Shown here one piece after another: positions 36,001-49,780 of a stretch of DNA of 64,000 nucleotides. Source of the stretch: Vicugna vicugna (taxonomy: Eukaryota); contig MU057930.1 of assembly GCA_013265495.1 (NCBI GenBank), forward strand, positions 1,752,057-1,816,056. Direction: 5' to 3'. The notes under the pieces were generated by a model. The model did not search any database. It was not told the DNA's origin and saw nothing but the letters and a program-made list of their open reading frames with translations. Every line of letters begins with the position of its first letter. Within the stretch, counting starts at the first letter, position 1. A program made the position numbers and the translations under genes.

Positions 36001-36732
36001 ATCCTCAGAGGGTCCTGTATGAGGCAATACGTTATATGCTAGCAAGGCTGTGTGACCCAGTTCCGATTAAAGGACATATTCATAGTCCAAAAAGCAAGTG
36101 TGAAGACCCTGCCCCTGACCTCATACTACGAGCATCTTATTATTTTTGTTGAGTTCGGGTGGTTCCGTTTAGATGGTGGTATTGGAAAGAGATTCCATTA
36201 TGTTTTTGGCCGGATGCAAAATTTTCCAGTGGCTGCACAGTGATGTTAATAAGATACCCAAGTGATTTACATCACAATAGAGATGTTAAAGCGACTGGGT
36301 TTACGGGTTCCTAGTGCTGGGAGCTGAAACTTCACTTAGGGACACAAATCCAATGGGTGTTTACAGTGTAGGGACAACAACCTTGCAGGGGGAGAGACTA
36401 GAAGCACCATTTATAGACACTCAGAAGAAGTGAGCTGACTTTTTCAGTGTCACACGCCAGACGCGGGGTAGCGGGAAGATTCTAGCTCATGTTTATCTCA
36501 TTCTAAAATCTGTGCTCTTTCCACGCCAGCCTCCTCCAGCCTCTCTTCCCGCTGTCACTCATCATTCCCAGCCTCTCTTTTGGGTGGGAAAATAGCATAT
36601 GTTCCTCTGTTAAAAAAAAAAAAATAGTGCTAACCTGCAACGATGCTTTTCCACACCTGAGGCAGAAAATAGCACCTAGGCGTGTCTTACTTTCAGAAGG
36701 AAAAACTCAAACAACTATGTGTGCATGTGTAA

Positions 36733-37178
36733 ATATACAGAATGGGATTTCTTACTGCTCAGCTGTAAGGAAGAATGAAATTATGCCATTCGCAGGAGCA
36801 TGGATGGACCTAGAGATGATCATATTAAGTGAAGTTACCCAGACAGAGAAAGACAAATGCCATATGATATCACTTATATGTGGAATCTAAAATATGATAC
36901 AGATGAACTTATTTACAAAACAGAAACAGACTCACAGACACTGAAAAGAGACTTACGGTTACCAAAATTGGGAAGGAGGAGGGATAAATTAGGAGTTTGG
37001 GATTAACAGACACACACTACTATATATAAAATAGATAAACAGGAAGGTTCTAGTGTAGAGCACAGGGAAGTGTATTTAATATCTTGTAATAACCTAAGAT
37101 AAAAAAAGTATATTTGTGTGTGTGTGTATATATATATATACACACAAATAAATCAAGTAAACTTCAATTAAAAAAAGA
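36733..37178 (+). mobile_element. LINE-1 3' fragment
   Basis: CATGGATGGACCTAGAGATGATCATATTAAGTGAAGT...ACTTCAATTAAAAAAAG. Confidence 0.9.
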
Positions 37179-37192
37179 AGTTGTGTGATTAT

Positions 37193-37694
37193 TGATACAA
37201 CGGAATACTACTCAGCCATAAAAAAGAATAAAAGAATGCCATTTGCAGCGACATGGATGGACCTGGAGATCATTATTCTAAGTGAAGTAAGCCAGAAAGA
37301 GAAAGAAAAATACCATATGGTATCACTCATATACATATGGTATATATGTCACTAAAAAAAAGAAAAAAGGGGACATTCATAAACTCATCTACAAAACAGA
37401 AACAGACTCACAGACGTAGTAAACAATCTTATGGTTACTGGGGGACAGGGGCTGGGAAGGGATAAATTTGGGAGTTTGCAATTGACAAATGTTAGCCACT
37501 ACATATAAAAATAGATTGAAAAAACCGAGTTCTTCTGCAGAGCACAAGGAACTATATTCAATATCTTGTCATAACCTATAATGAAAAAGAATATGAAAAT
37601 GAATACATGTATGTACATGCGTGGCTGGGTCACTGAACTGTACCCCAGAAACCGACACATTGTAACTGACTGTACGACAATTAAAAAAAAACAA
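37193..37694 (+). mobile_element. Second, tandem LINE-1 3' fragment
   Basis: CGGAATACTACTCAGCCATAAAAAAGAAT...GACACATTGTAACTGACTGTACGACAATTAAAAAAAA. Confidence 0.9.
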
Positions 37695-40028
37695 ACCTGG
37701 ATGCCAATGGTTTGAAAATGGTTTGAAAATATTTTGAGAGTGAACATAGTGATTTCCCGCAAGCAAACAGAAAGTGCCCCCTGACAGTTTGCAAGATCCC
37801 TGATGAAGATAAACGTCAAGTCACATTTGAGAAGTCTCTGAGTCACAGCATCATCCGCAGAGTTGGCAGACTTTGCTCCCTCTGATGAAAGGGGGTCTGT
37901 GGGCTTCACAGTCACTTACTGGCGGAATGTTAATAGACTGGCATGGAGATGCTAAATTGCTTCTTTATATTTCACAGGCCTGCCTCTCACAGCCCTCTCT
38001 GATCTCACCAAGAGTTGTTTGTTTTTTTTTTTAACTCTCAGCAGCAAAAGGTAAACTTAAAATTTTTCAATGAGACCTGTTCTAAAAGCAAGCTTTCTTC
38101 TTTTTTCTTAAAAACATAACAAAACAAAACAAAAACGGAAGGTGTGTCTAATCACCCCAGTTCCTTCCCAGATTCACAAAGGGCCCAACAGATAAGAGAT
38201 CACCCGGTAAAGCTGGTTTCATACCGTTTGGCCTCAGAGGGAGCGAGAGATCAATTTCTTTTGAAATCGAACCTTTCAAGCCACGTCATCACGGCGTGCA
38301 TTTTGTTATTCCACCGAAGCCAGAACTTGCTCAAAGCCCGTGGCCTCCTGCAGACAGCAGCGCCCAGAGCAGGTGCCGGTACCGGGGTCCCCACACCGCC
38401 CTCTCTGAAAGGGCTGCGAGCAGCAAGCCCCGGTACGTGGCTCCCTCTCCCCACCTCTGCCTCAGAATGGACCTTTTGTAAAAGATCAAGAAACACCATT
38501 TCCTGTTGCAAACGCCAGTCCCCAAAGCAAGCAGCCATGGGCTTCTGAAAACCCGTCAGCGAGGCATGCAGCCATCGCTACGGGAAACAAAGTGAGGTCA
38601 TTCTGCAAATATCTGGCTCTTAGCACCGACGAGAAAAAAGGGGGATAAAGGGCTAAAAATCACGCAACAAGAAGGCTCGGATTCTAGGATCTGTTGCTGT
38701 GTTTCATGCTGAAAACCGACAGGGGATTTCGAGTACGTTATCGGCGCTCCAAGAGGCACAAGTTTGTAAACATCTGTGGGTGATTTGCATTTCGAAGTTA
38801 GAAAGTGCGTTTCTGCAACTCACCTCCTGCCAGGTCTTCTATGGGCGAAGGTTCCCACGAGTGAAAGGAAAGATGCTCGAAAAAAAATCAAAACGTCAAG
38901 TTGGACATAAAATATTCTTGGTGATATTTGTGTATTTGAAGACAACATTCTCAACCGTATTTGTTGTTTCACACAGGGCTGTTAAGCAACTCCATCTTAT
39001 TTAATTTTTCTTTTTCTTTTCTTTTCCTTTTTTTTTTTTTTTACCATAACCACCTTGTAACAGACGCATCTTGCTGTCATAGACACACTGTTAAAAACTC
39101 ATTTTCCTGCACCTTCTCGATGCATTTTTGCCTTGAAAAACGACATTGCTACAGAGGCTCGAGTATTTTTCATGAACTGTCTGACGACAGGGAAGATCAC
39201 AAAAGAAGGTAAGCCTTAAAATATTACCCTCAAAATATATTATTTTTTCCCAACCAACCTCTGTTGGGGGAAAATGAATTTAACACCAAGACAACAGAGA
39301 GCCCATCTTGAATTTGTATGCACTTAGCCAAGTGCATCACACAATTTAAATAATAAATTTCATCGTAAATCATACACTTTGAAAAATAAGTATTTAAGTA
39401 GTATCATTTAAATGAAACGAAAAATCATAAAATTACAAAATTCAAATAAGCGTTCAGTTCCACCACATGCAAACATAATATCCACGTTAACCACTGAGCA
39501 CCTTTTCAAGACACAACAAACACACAAAAAAAAGCCATTCGGGGCATTAAGTCAAAGATTTTCCAATAGGCGATTAACTAATGAACACACCTACAAATCC
39601 ACAAAAGAAGGCGAGTTATCTGCGGTCATTATCGACTGGGACCACGTGATCCATCACCCATGATCACACGTGTTATCTCACACGTCACCGACACTGTCTT
39701 CCTTCCACAGGCTGACGTTGGCTAACCCACGTGTTCATTCAGCCCGCAGGGAGAGAAAAGGGCTTTCAATAAAATTCCACTTTCATTGGGTGACCGTGGA
39801 GGCTGCTGCCTTTGTCTGGGAAGAGACTGAGGGGCCAGGAAACGAAATTCCTTGGTTAAAAATTTGCAAACTTAAAAAAAAAAAAAACCAGGAAAAACAG
39901 ACCGTGCTGCATGGAAGCGAAGGAAGAAACACGTCTTGCAGCATGACGTGAGGAGCTGGAGTAACACAGTTTGAACCCACGGGCGCCCAGAAAATAAAAC
40001 GCCCGGACCGAGGAGACGGGCGCGGTCA

Positions 40029-40250
<222 letters not shown>

Positions 40251-41721
40251 TCAAGGGCGAAGGACATGGGTGACTCTCCCAAGTTTCAACTGGAATCCAC
40301 CGTGTCCCTTACTGAAGGATGGACACCCTGGTAAGCTTGCCTAAGGAACACGGTCAATGTTGTGATATCTTCTGCTCATAGGAATGCTGTTTTGGGAAGC
40401 GTGCAGACGTTGGAAGAAATGTGTATGCATATGTATGTTTCTGCGTGTGCCTGCAACACTAAAAATGGAAGGATTTAGATGAAATGCTTACTTCCTCAAG
40501 ACCTAGGTGGTGATCTGAATTGAACAAGCACTCGCTATCTACCACAAAACGCATTTGCATCTTCTATGTAAGTGTGAAATCCACTTCAAAATGATCATTC
40601 GTTTTCCCTCTGACTGCCATCCTCCGTCAAAGGTGGGATTACAGATTCGTTTTCAAGGGGTCAATGAGAACATAAAAGTGCTAGGGAAACCATAAGCTCT
40701 CAGTACAGGACACATGGCGACAAAAAAAAAAAAATGAATAAGTGGTTTAAAATGATCAACAGAACAGAAATGTGCAAAACAAAAACAAAACCAGACAAAG
40801 ACGTCCAAGCAAGTGTCTTTAATTTACATGCAGTACCATCCCACCTCAATGCCAAAAAAAAAAAAAAGAAAGAAAAAGAGAAGTAATAAAGATGACACGA
40901 GATTCCAACCTCAAGATGACATTACTGAAATGCTACATAGTTTTACAGGGAATATAAACTCCCACTGTGATTTGCAACCGGTGAGTACCCTCAGTAATTA
41001 TTATTTTATTTAACAATGATGTAAAAGCCATATTTTGTGATGGCCTGTGACAATAGAAATTTCGAGACTTGTGTGTCCATTTGCAGACCCTGCTTTCTGA
41101 AAAGTTGTGATTAAATGATGTGTTTCATGCTAGCCATCCTTCAGGCTTACATTTGATGTTTCAGAACCCTTACTTCAGTTACGATTGTGTCCGGATATGT
41201 ATGTACATGTACAAATATTTATGTGCGTGTGTGTGTAACTTAAACGTCTATGTGTTAGCCAAAGAAAAACCAAATATATCCATGTACATTTATTTATTTT
41301 CACGTTTTTCTTAAATAAAAACTCTTTTCCCTTTAATTCATGGAGATATTTTGGGACATATCAGAAAGGAATTTTAAGGAAATAACCCCCCATTTGTATG
41401 GTGGGTAGTAATAAAATGAATTAGGATCACCATCTCGAAACATGCTCCTGGGGGGGCGGTCACTATCCAGCATCCCCAAGCGATCACAGTCAAGTACAGA
41501 AAAAAAGTGTCAAACTGCCCATGTGTCTGCAGGCATGTAATCCACAGCAGAAAAATCTGGACTATTGTCTCATATAAAACTCAAACACAGAGTCAAAATC
41601 CCTTAGTAAGCCTTTATTCATCCTATGCTAGGTGCAATTTTCAAATAAACTCCTTGTCCCTTCAGTGTGTATAGAACGTGGCATTTTGCACCATCCAGCA
41701 CTGTGATTTGCAATTTTAGCC

Positions 41722-41850
41722 TTTTTTTTTTTTGAGGTGTGTAATTAGGTTTACTTACTGAATTACTTTTTTAATGGAGGCACTGGGGATGGAACCCAGG
41801 ACCTCGTGCATGTCAAGTCTGCGCGCTACCACTGAGCTACACCCTCTCCC
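41722..41850 (-). mobile_element. tRNA-derived SINE, vic-1-like
   Basis: Reverse complement of GGGAGAGGGTGTAGCTCAGTGGTAGCG...GGGTTCCATCCCCAGTGCCTCCATTAAAAAA. Confidence 0.9.
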
Positions 41851-43645
41851 CGAGCTCTTCTTTATTTTATCATTCTTGGCTGCTGGCTCCTCCTGGGCAG
41901 GCCAGGAAAAAAGTCGAGACCTTGAGGGCTGCTCCAGGGGCTTCCTCAGAGAAAATGTGAGGTTGACACACCTCTTTCCTTCTGAGACAGCCAGGACAAG
42001 GTTCTTGTGGACGTGAGGAGGAAGTAACCAGATGCTGTCTGAGTTCAAAGTTAAAAAAAACAAAACAAAACATAACCATCACTGGTTCTTGGGATGGAAG
42101 GAAACGTAGGCAGCATTCTGACGGTAGTCAAGGTGCATGGCGAGCATTGTGTAAACAGATCGTAGTGATCAGCAGGGGAGGCACTGAAATGTCAGAGCAG
42201 AGTCAGGTGCGAATGACATCTGCAGATGATGTAAGAGAGCAGAGGGGAGGCGTGTGTGGGGATGGATGCTGGAATACTGGCACAAGAGCAGGTGTGCTGT
42301 GGTCCTCCCGGAAGGAGGGGCTCGCTGATGCCGCAGGGGCAGGGAGGACAGCCCTCCTTTACGGGGCTGTCAGAGGGAGGGCGGACCCTATGAATGCAAA
42401 AAAATAATAATAATCAGTCAATAAACAGTCACATTGAGAGAAGACCAGGTGTGAAAGCAATGCTGGCAAAACTTGCTTTCCTGGAGAACTGCTGGTTTGC
42501 AAAAGAAATCAGAGAGGGCAGGGAAACGAAGGGAGGGTTAAAGAGGCACTTTCAGGACGTTTTGCTGTCCAGCAAGGATCGCTCACCCCCATTTGAAACT
42601 GCCTTTCAGCCAGAGGAGAGGGCCCTCGTCCTGGGAAGGTGACTACACGGAGCGCCACGCCTTCTGCAGCTCCGATGGGGAAGGCGTGCTTTCCACGCAC
42701 ATGGCCGGCACAGCCTCCCCGGGCGGCCACGGCTGATTTTAAGACTTTTTATTTTCGTTTCTTCGAAACCATTAATTCTGGTGAAGGAAATGGATACAAT
42801 GTGCTAGTGGTGGCTTTCACGCCACGTTATCTTCCATCTCCAAAAAAAAAAAAAAAAAATCACCCTGCTTCTGGTGGATAATCTGTCAAACCATTTGGGA
42901 TCTTTCAACAAGAAAGGTTCCATAGCAACTAAACATTTTGGGGGTAAAAAAAACCATTTTTTAAAGCAGCTGTGGTGTGAAAACAAAGACGCATGGATCT
43001 AGCTTTCTGATCTTTTTCAATTCTTTGCTAATAATCTCTTTTGGAAATTAAATGTTGCTAAAAGGCAGTTCTGAAAGACACAAAAACATGTCATTAAAAC
43101 ATTTTTTCATGTATTTCACTGTGAGCCAGAGAGGATTCTTAGAAAAAATCCTACTTTGGAATCAGTATGTTTGGGGAAAAAACAAAATGAAAAACAAACA
43201 AAACCAGAAATGCCAGCCCCTCAAAAAAGTTCTCCTGAGGTGCCTCACCGTCCACCGAAGAAATTAAGAAGACCAAAGCTCCAAAAGACAATACTAAATT
43301 ACAAAATAACATTTGGGGGAAAGAAAAGAAAGCACACATGCATGTTTTAAAATTTCATTTTTGTCTTCTTGTGACTGAAAAAAAAAAAGAAAAAGAAAAA
43401 GTAAAAGGTGAGCTTCCTTGTAAATGACATTTCGTTATTCACTTGATGTTTAGAAACATTTATATTAGGTTCCCCCAGGTGATCTGCAGTCATCTACATG
43501 GACACTGGGATTAAAAATGACAGTGGTTTCCAAACAAGAATAAAATAAAGAGGCACACCAAAGTGTACTCACTTCAGGTAACAGGAGGAAAAACAGGCTG
43601 AAATGAAAAAAAAAAAAAACAAAAAAAGAAAGAGAGATATAAAAT

Positions 43646-43651
43646 CATGCA
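43646..43651 (-). promoter_or_regulatory. Candidate RBFOX splicing element TGCATG downstream of the alternative exon
   Basis: The + strand CATGCA reads TGCATG on the transcript strand, 35-40 nt into the downstream intron; further copies at 43337-43342 and 44283-44288. Confidence 0.5.
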
Positions 43652-43685
43652 TCAAAGTCGAGCTTGGAAAAAAACCAAAAAATAC

Positions 43686-43745
43686 CTTCATCTTCACCAC
43701 GGTCATGACTGCTTATATCATCAGCGTTTTTCTTTGTGTTGGCTC
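43686..43745 (-). CDS. NLGN4X: Neuroligin-4 alternative splice-site-A insert exon (A2-type, 60 nt, phase 1-1)
   Basis: Translation (G)ANTKKNADDISSHDRGEDE, close to the recalled human NLGN4X 20-aa insert GANTKKNADDITSNDRGEDE. Acceptor TTTCTTTCTCAATATGACCCCAG, donor AAG|GTATTT. In frame with the 153-nt exon. Confidence 0.92.
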
Positions 43746-45755
43746 CTGGGGTCATATTGAGAAAGAAAATAAAGGGGGGAAAAAAAAGAGAATTCAAAAA
43801 CAACAGGTTTGCAAAAAAATCAGAGGAGAGATACTACCCAGTAAAAGAAAAAAAAATAATGCCATACAAAAAGTTGAAATCGATTACGTTTGGATTTCAA
43901 AAACATGAATTTGCGAGATGCAAAATGCGTATAAACATAAATATGTCAAGAAGGACTAATTCAAAATGTTCCTTGCAAAAAATATTAGGTATCCGTGAAA
44001 ATGCAGTCTGGAGGTTAACATGACACTACTGTCAACAAAAAACGTTAATGTGAGTTGGAAAAAAAAGATGAAATTATTAAAAAGGGGTTTCCCACATTTT
44101 AAAAAGAAATTCATATGAAGTATTCAAATGTTCCTGTAAGTTTAACAGATTATAATCTAGATACATTTTTGATATGTCAGCGACACGCTTTGGTTACGAA
44201 ATTCCATGATATAAGAAGAAACACATTTAAAGAATCAACATGAAACCACTTCAAGCAAAGTATTTAAAACTGACATTCGTTTCATGCATAAGAACTTAAA
44301 AGCAAACCATTTCAAATAAAATTCAGAAATACCAGTAATTTAAAGATTCACCTGTCACCAGTGGCTAAAGAACTATTGCACATTATTTGTTTCTGTTGCC
44401 TCTTATAAAAAAAAAAAGACCACTTTCAATAAATATTTCACAAGTCGAGATAAAACATTATAGATCATGTTTTCCTGTGCTTGAAACACTTATTAAATAT
44501 TACTTGAATGTTACTGCTACTTCTAAAAGTAAGTAAATAAATGGAGTCACCTACCTGAATGACCTGAAACATAACCCACTTTGAAATTTCCACGTAGGCA
44601 AAGTGTATGGCGGGTCCCTTCACCAATACCACCATCAACAAACTCCCCATGCTCTCTCTACACAATGTGCCATTTTGGTTTTTGTATTTTGCAGATACGA
44701 GAGGCCAAAACATTCACTACCTCCTGAACTGTTTAGTTAAGGAGCTCAATTGCCTTCTTGCTACAGACAGACATAGCCCACAGGGATGGATACCCCAGCT
44801 GTGGATAACTTGAATTGTGGCCATCAATCAAAACGGGTCTCTGCCTGCCTCTGTGATGCTCAGACACATGGGTTAGACCGAGAGGGAATCTGGTCACTGT
44901 CACTCACAACACTTGTATCTGGAAAACATTCTTTAGTCCACATCTGTCAAAAAGGTTTAATATGTTTTCAGACCAGGTTTGAAGTGGCTCAGTCAAGGGT
45001 TGAATACTGTCATTTTCACGTGCTTCAGTCAGCAATCCTGGTAGGGTGGAGGAGTTGGAAGCCCAATTCCTTGACCTGGTTGACCTTGGGTGATTTAAAT
45101 ATTTGAGATTAAATACTGAAATTGTAGACAATTTCAAGCTGCCAACATAACGTCATTGAAAACAGCTTGGAAAAGACATACCCAGGAAAATTCCAGCAAT
45201 ACCACTAGTTTGACCTCATCTACCTGAAGGGAGAATGGGGGTCTCCCAGGAGACCACCTTTTCTCCTTCCAACATGTTCACGTGCAATCTTTTAGAAAGC
45301 ACCATGACGTGGATGTGTCAATCTGTTACGTTTACTAGCACCATACAGAAATCGGTTCATGTCCAAGAAGTCCATAGCACTGAAAGATCTTGAAACAAAC
45401 TTAATCCTCATCAAGCTAGCTCCACTGTCTTTCGGTTGTTTGGGTCAGGGTTTACTAATAGAATACCTTTTTCAAAGCTGTCTTGTGGGCCGGACTGATG
45501 GCTAAATTGTGTTAAGAAATCTAAAAGAAATGCCTTTCTTAGAGAACTGGGCTACAGATGATAGAACTAAAGTGCTTGTGTTAAAAACAAGTCCTCATTT
45601 CTGAAAAAAAAAATTCAAAATTTTTTTGGAGGATTTTCTAAGTTCCTATAGAAACAGGTCATCTCTTTCATTATGAAAAAAGAAATGATGCTAGAAAAAT
45701 AAAAGTGCAGTCAAAAGACACGGAATGGATTACGGGAGAGAGAGTGTCTCTCTGA

Positions 45756-46075
45756 TTAAGCTGATTCCGCCCCAGAAACCGTGCCCCTTTCGGGTTGGAC
45801 TACCTCTCCCTCCCGAAAACACTGAGGAAGGTCTTTGATGAGGACCCCATACCTGCACGCTGCCTTTCCCGTGAGGCTGTCCTCATATCCCTGCCTCCTT
45901 TGGAGTTTTCTTCTTGTAAAAATCTTTTGTCTTCCATGCTGTGGCTGGAAGCCCACGAGCATGACGCTGGTCTGGCTCAAGCCCAAACAAGGGCTATTTG
46001 CAAGGTCTGGGCTGAGTTCAATGCCAGAGCTCTCTCCCCAAGACCCAGTTCCCAGTGCCTTCAGGCTCACCGTCA
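45756..46075. mobile_element. Probable old ERVL/MaLR-type LTR remnant
   Basis: GC-richer block with LTR-like texture; family not recognised. Confidence 0.3.
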
Positions 46076-46279
46076 GTGCATGAGAGTTGAGTAATCCGGA
46101 ATTCTTCCAGGGGCAGGGTGAGAGGCAGTGTTCAGGGAAATGTCCCCCCACAAAGAAGGAAGGAAAGGTTCTAAGGATGTACAATCCCTTAGCAATTTGC
46201 AGAACCCAGTTAAAGTGGCAATCTAGGGTCACCTCTTTGATTTTTCACCAAATTCCTTTGTCCACCAAACTGTGATGTT

Positions 46280-47640
46280 TAAGAGCTCTACTGAGGTAGA
46301 ATTTAAAAATCACAAAATCAACTCATCAAGGCATGGAATTTGAGGATTTTTTTTTTCAGTCTGTCTATGGAGTAGCCTAACCATCTGCTTTTAGAACAAT
46401 TCAACCACCCCCAAAAGACTGCTTGCATCCACCTGCAGGTATGTGACGTTCCTACCTTCTGTCTTAACTCAGTCAACTTTCTTTCCAGATTTGCCATTTC
46501 TGAGCATTTCCTATAAACGAGTTCATATAATATGTGATTGTTTTGTGTCTTGCTTCTTTCACGTAGTGTAATGTTTTCAAAGAGCACCCATGTTGCAGCA
46601 AGTATCAGCATTTCATTCTTGTTATTCCTATGGATGGATAATCTTCTCCAATGTGGATAAAGCATACTGTGTTAATCCACTCATCGGCTGGCCGCCGTTT
46701 GTATTGCTTCCAGTTGGTGTCTGTGAACATTCATGTGCAATATTTTTTATGGACAGATATCTTCATTTCTTGGGGAGATAGCTAGGAGCGGGATGGCTAT
46801 GTCATGTGGCCAATTTATGTTCAGTAGTTTAAGAAACTGCCAGACTGTTTTCCCAATCAGCTGCCTCACCGTGCATCCTCATCAGCCATGTATGTGAGTT
46901 CCAATTTCTCCTCCTCCTCCCCAACACCTGTCATTATCTCTTTAGTGACAGGCATCCTAATGGGTGTGAGATGCTGCCTTACTGTGGCTTTAATTTTCAT
47001 TTAGCTAATGACTTAATCCTGTCAATGATCTCCATGTATTATCTCCTTTGGCGTGAAGTCTATTCAAATATTTTGCCCGTATTAGAAAAATTAGCTCATT
47101 TTTTTCCTTATTATTGAATGGTAAGAGTCCTTTGTATTTTCAAGAGACAGGTCTTTTACCAGAAAGATGATGTGCAAATCTTTTCTCTGCATCTGTGTCT
47201 TCTCTTTTGATTTTCTCAGTGGTGTCTTTTGAAGTGCAAAGGTTTTTAATTTTATGCTTATCCAGTGGTGTCAGCACCATCTACTGACAACACTAGCCTC
47301 TCCTCCCTGAACGGTTATGACACTATTCCTGGGACTCCATTGCCCATAAATGGGAGGGTTGATTTCTGGGCTCTTTAATTATATACCCATCTGTATTTCT
47401 ATCCACATGAGCACCCTACTTTCCGAGCCTCCTAGCACGTTTTGAAAGAGGGAAAGGTAAGTGCTCTAATCTGCTTCTGATTTTTCAAGGTAGTTTGGCC
47501 ATTTTAGATCCTCTGCCTTTCCATGCTAGTGATCGACTGATACCGTTAACTGAAGCAAAAAAAAAAACAACCAAAAAAAAACACCCCAAAAAAACAAAAC
47601 AAACAAACAAACAAAAAACCGCTGAGACTCTGATAGAAAT
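46280..47640 (-). mobile_element. Old LINE-1 (L1MB/ME-type) 3' region
   Basis: T-rich strand with TTTAAGAAACTGCCAGACTGTTTTCC, CATCCTAATGGGTGTGAGATG, GTCTATTCAAATATTTTGCCC and CAGCACCATCTACTGA. Confidence 0.85.
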
Positions 47641-49324
47641 TATTTGCTGCACCACAATTTTAAATTAATTTTATATAGCCGACTCTGACCCAGAAACATA
47701 ATTAGACATCGCCTTTCATGTTCTATGTATATTTAATTTTCTACCCCTTTGTTCTTTTTCGATAAGCTGCTGCAATATTTGCTCTCTCAGACATAACTAA
47801 CTAAGTGGCCTAAAAACCAACCAAGTTCTCTCCAGTACCTAATTTAGTCACAATCATGAGCTATGTAAATACAGGTATTAGAGGACAGGGGAAAAGATCC
47901 TGCTGGAATTCATTTCAGAGTCAACCCATCCCATGGCTGCAAAAAGGCACCTCAAAGTCCAGACAGGCCCCGAGTTTTTCTCCTGGTCCCCGAAAGGCCA
48001 TAATAATATTCCTTTACATGGAATAATTAGCATCTCCAGTAAACCTCCAAGGGAAAATGGCTTTAAATATTGAAGGGAATGTTTAAATAACTTCAAACAA
48101 ACATATAGCCATTCCATGATTAAAATTTAAACATGATTTTATAAATAAAATATCTCAACGTCCCTAGTCCTGCAGGATGTCCATCCTTTTTTCTTTTTAC
48201 ACCCTTTCTTCTGATGTTCCCATTTGTTATTTATCAACGTTGTTTTCACAAGTCAAAGTGTTTAAAGTAGTACTTTGTATCACAAATGTACCAGGAACCC
48301 AACCCTTTGAAGAGAACTCACAAAAGGTAGACCAACCACAGTCAATGAGGGAATAATAATCTATGGAAAGCTTCTAGGCGCCGCAGTTAACCTTCTGGGG
48401 CAGGAAGGTAATTTTGTATCTGTTGTTTTTAATATATGTTACGTTGCCATCAAGGTATGGAAATCATCAAACAAAGTCATCAGATGGTGTTACGCGATCA
48501 CATGATAACAAAAATATAAAGAAATTACAGAATCCCCTAAACCTTCCAAATTATTGCTCTGAACGTGACATTTACTGGTTCACGTTAATTTTATTTTTGT
48601 TATCTCTTAAGAGGGCAAATTCCAAGTCCTACTCAGTCTTGTTATCTTAAGTAAATATCTTACCAAGAGCGGGTCTGGGCTAAACGTGGCATGTTGCCTG
48701 CAGAAGAAGTTGTGTAATGGGTTATGCGGGAAACAGATGCTCCCTTGGCCATCGCCGATAACGATGCGAGTGATGAACTGGTCCTGAGTCAACAGAGGAG
48801 TGCTTCTTGAATCTAATCAATACTGGGAGGGGACCAGCAAGCACTTAAGACACTCCGGGCTCGCGTGCTAATGAGCTGGATGGGGACTTTCCCCACAAAG
48901 GGTCTGTGCCTCATTAGCTTATGCACAGGTACCCCCATCCCCCCCATTCCTTCTCCAAACAGGTTCTGTTTTAAATCTGCTGGCCCTGGCTAGGCGAGGA
49001 GGAGGTGTCCCCAAGGAGGGCACACCTATCCTGAAGGAGGTCACTCCTATCTGAGACAGGCTCGTCAAGGGATGATGCAGGCGGGGCCAAAAATGTCTTC
49101 ATCCATTTAGAGCCCTCTCCGGGCGGGAAGTCACCTGTGATGCGCTTGCTTGCCGAGGAAGGGGCAGGTGTCAGTAAGAAAGGATAGGGTGAGGACTCAC
49201 TTCCTATTAGCTAAGGAGGGGGGCTGCTCTGAGGGGGAGGGGAAAGGAGGCAGGCGAGACCCCCAGGAGGGGGGAATAGGGGGCAGGAAGCCTACAGAGC
49301 TACCTCTTCAGTCACCCCGGCACC

Positions 49325-49780
49325 TTGACAATTGGCTGTAACAGGGATAAACCCCTGTGGATGAGAAGTGTGGCCAGCTGTATCAGTAAACAAAAGATGC
49401 TGTGGCCAGCAAGCCATCATACACTGCAGCCCCCGGCGGGGATTCAGGATGGAGTAAAGGACAGTTAAGGTGCACATCAAAGGAATGATTTCAATGAGCC
49501 CGGACTCTTGCACCTTCCCGTACATAGAAAAGCCACTAAATTCACTAACTTGACATGCCTGTTTTTCTTTAATTAACAGTGATCTTTTGATGTTCCGATT
49601 ACCTGGTGTTTGTTGCAAAAACTACTGTACATCGTGGCTCCTCCCCTACCTCTCCGGAACCGTCCCTCAGAGCTACGTGAGAGGCTCCCTTGTGGGCTTT
49701 ACTCTTCAGTTTTGTCTGCTAAATAAAACCTAATTCTCAACTTTTAAGTTGTGCATTATTATTTTTTTTTCCCGTCAACA
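49325..49780 (+). mobile_element. ERV1-type solo LTR (cetartiodactyl-like)
   Basis: 3' end AATAAAACCTAATTCTCAACTTTTAAGTTGTGCATT...GTCAACA resembles recalled artiodactyl ERV1 LTR ends. The 5' boundary and TSD are not resolved. Confidence 0.7.
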
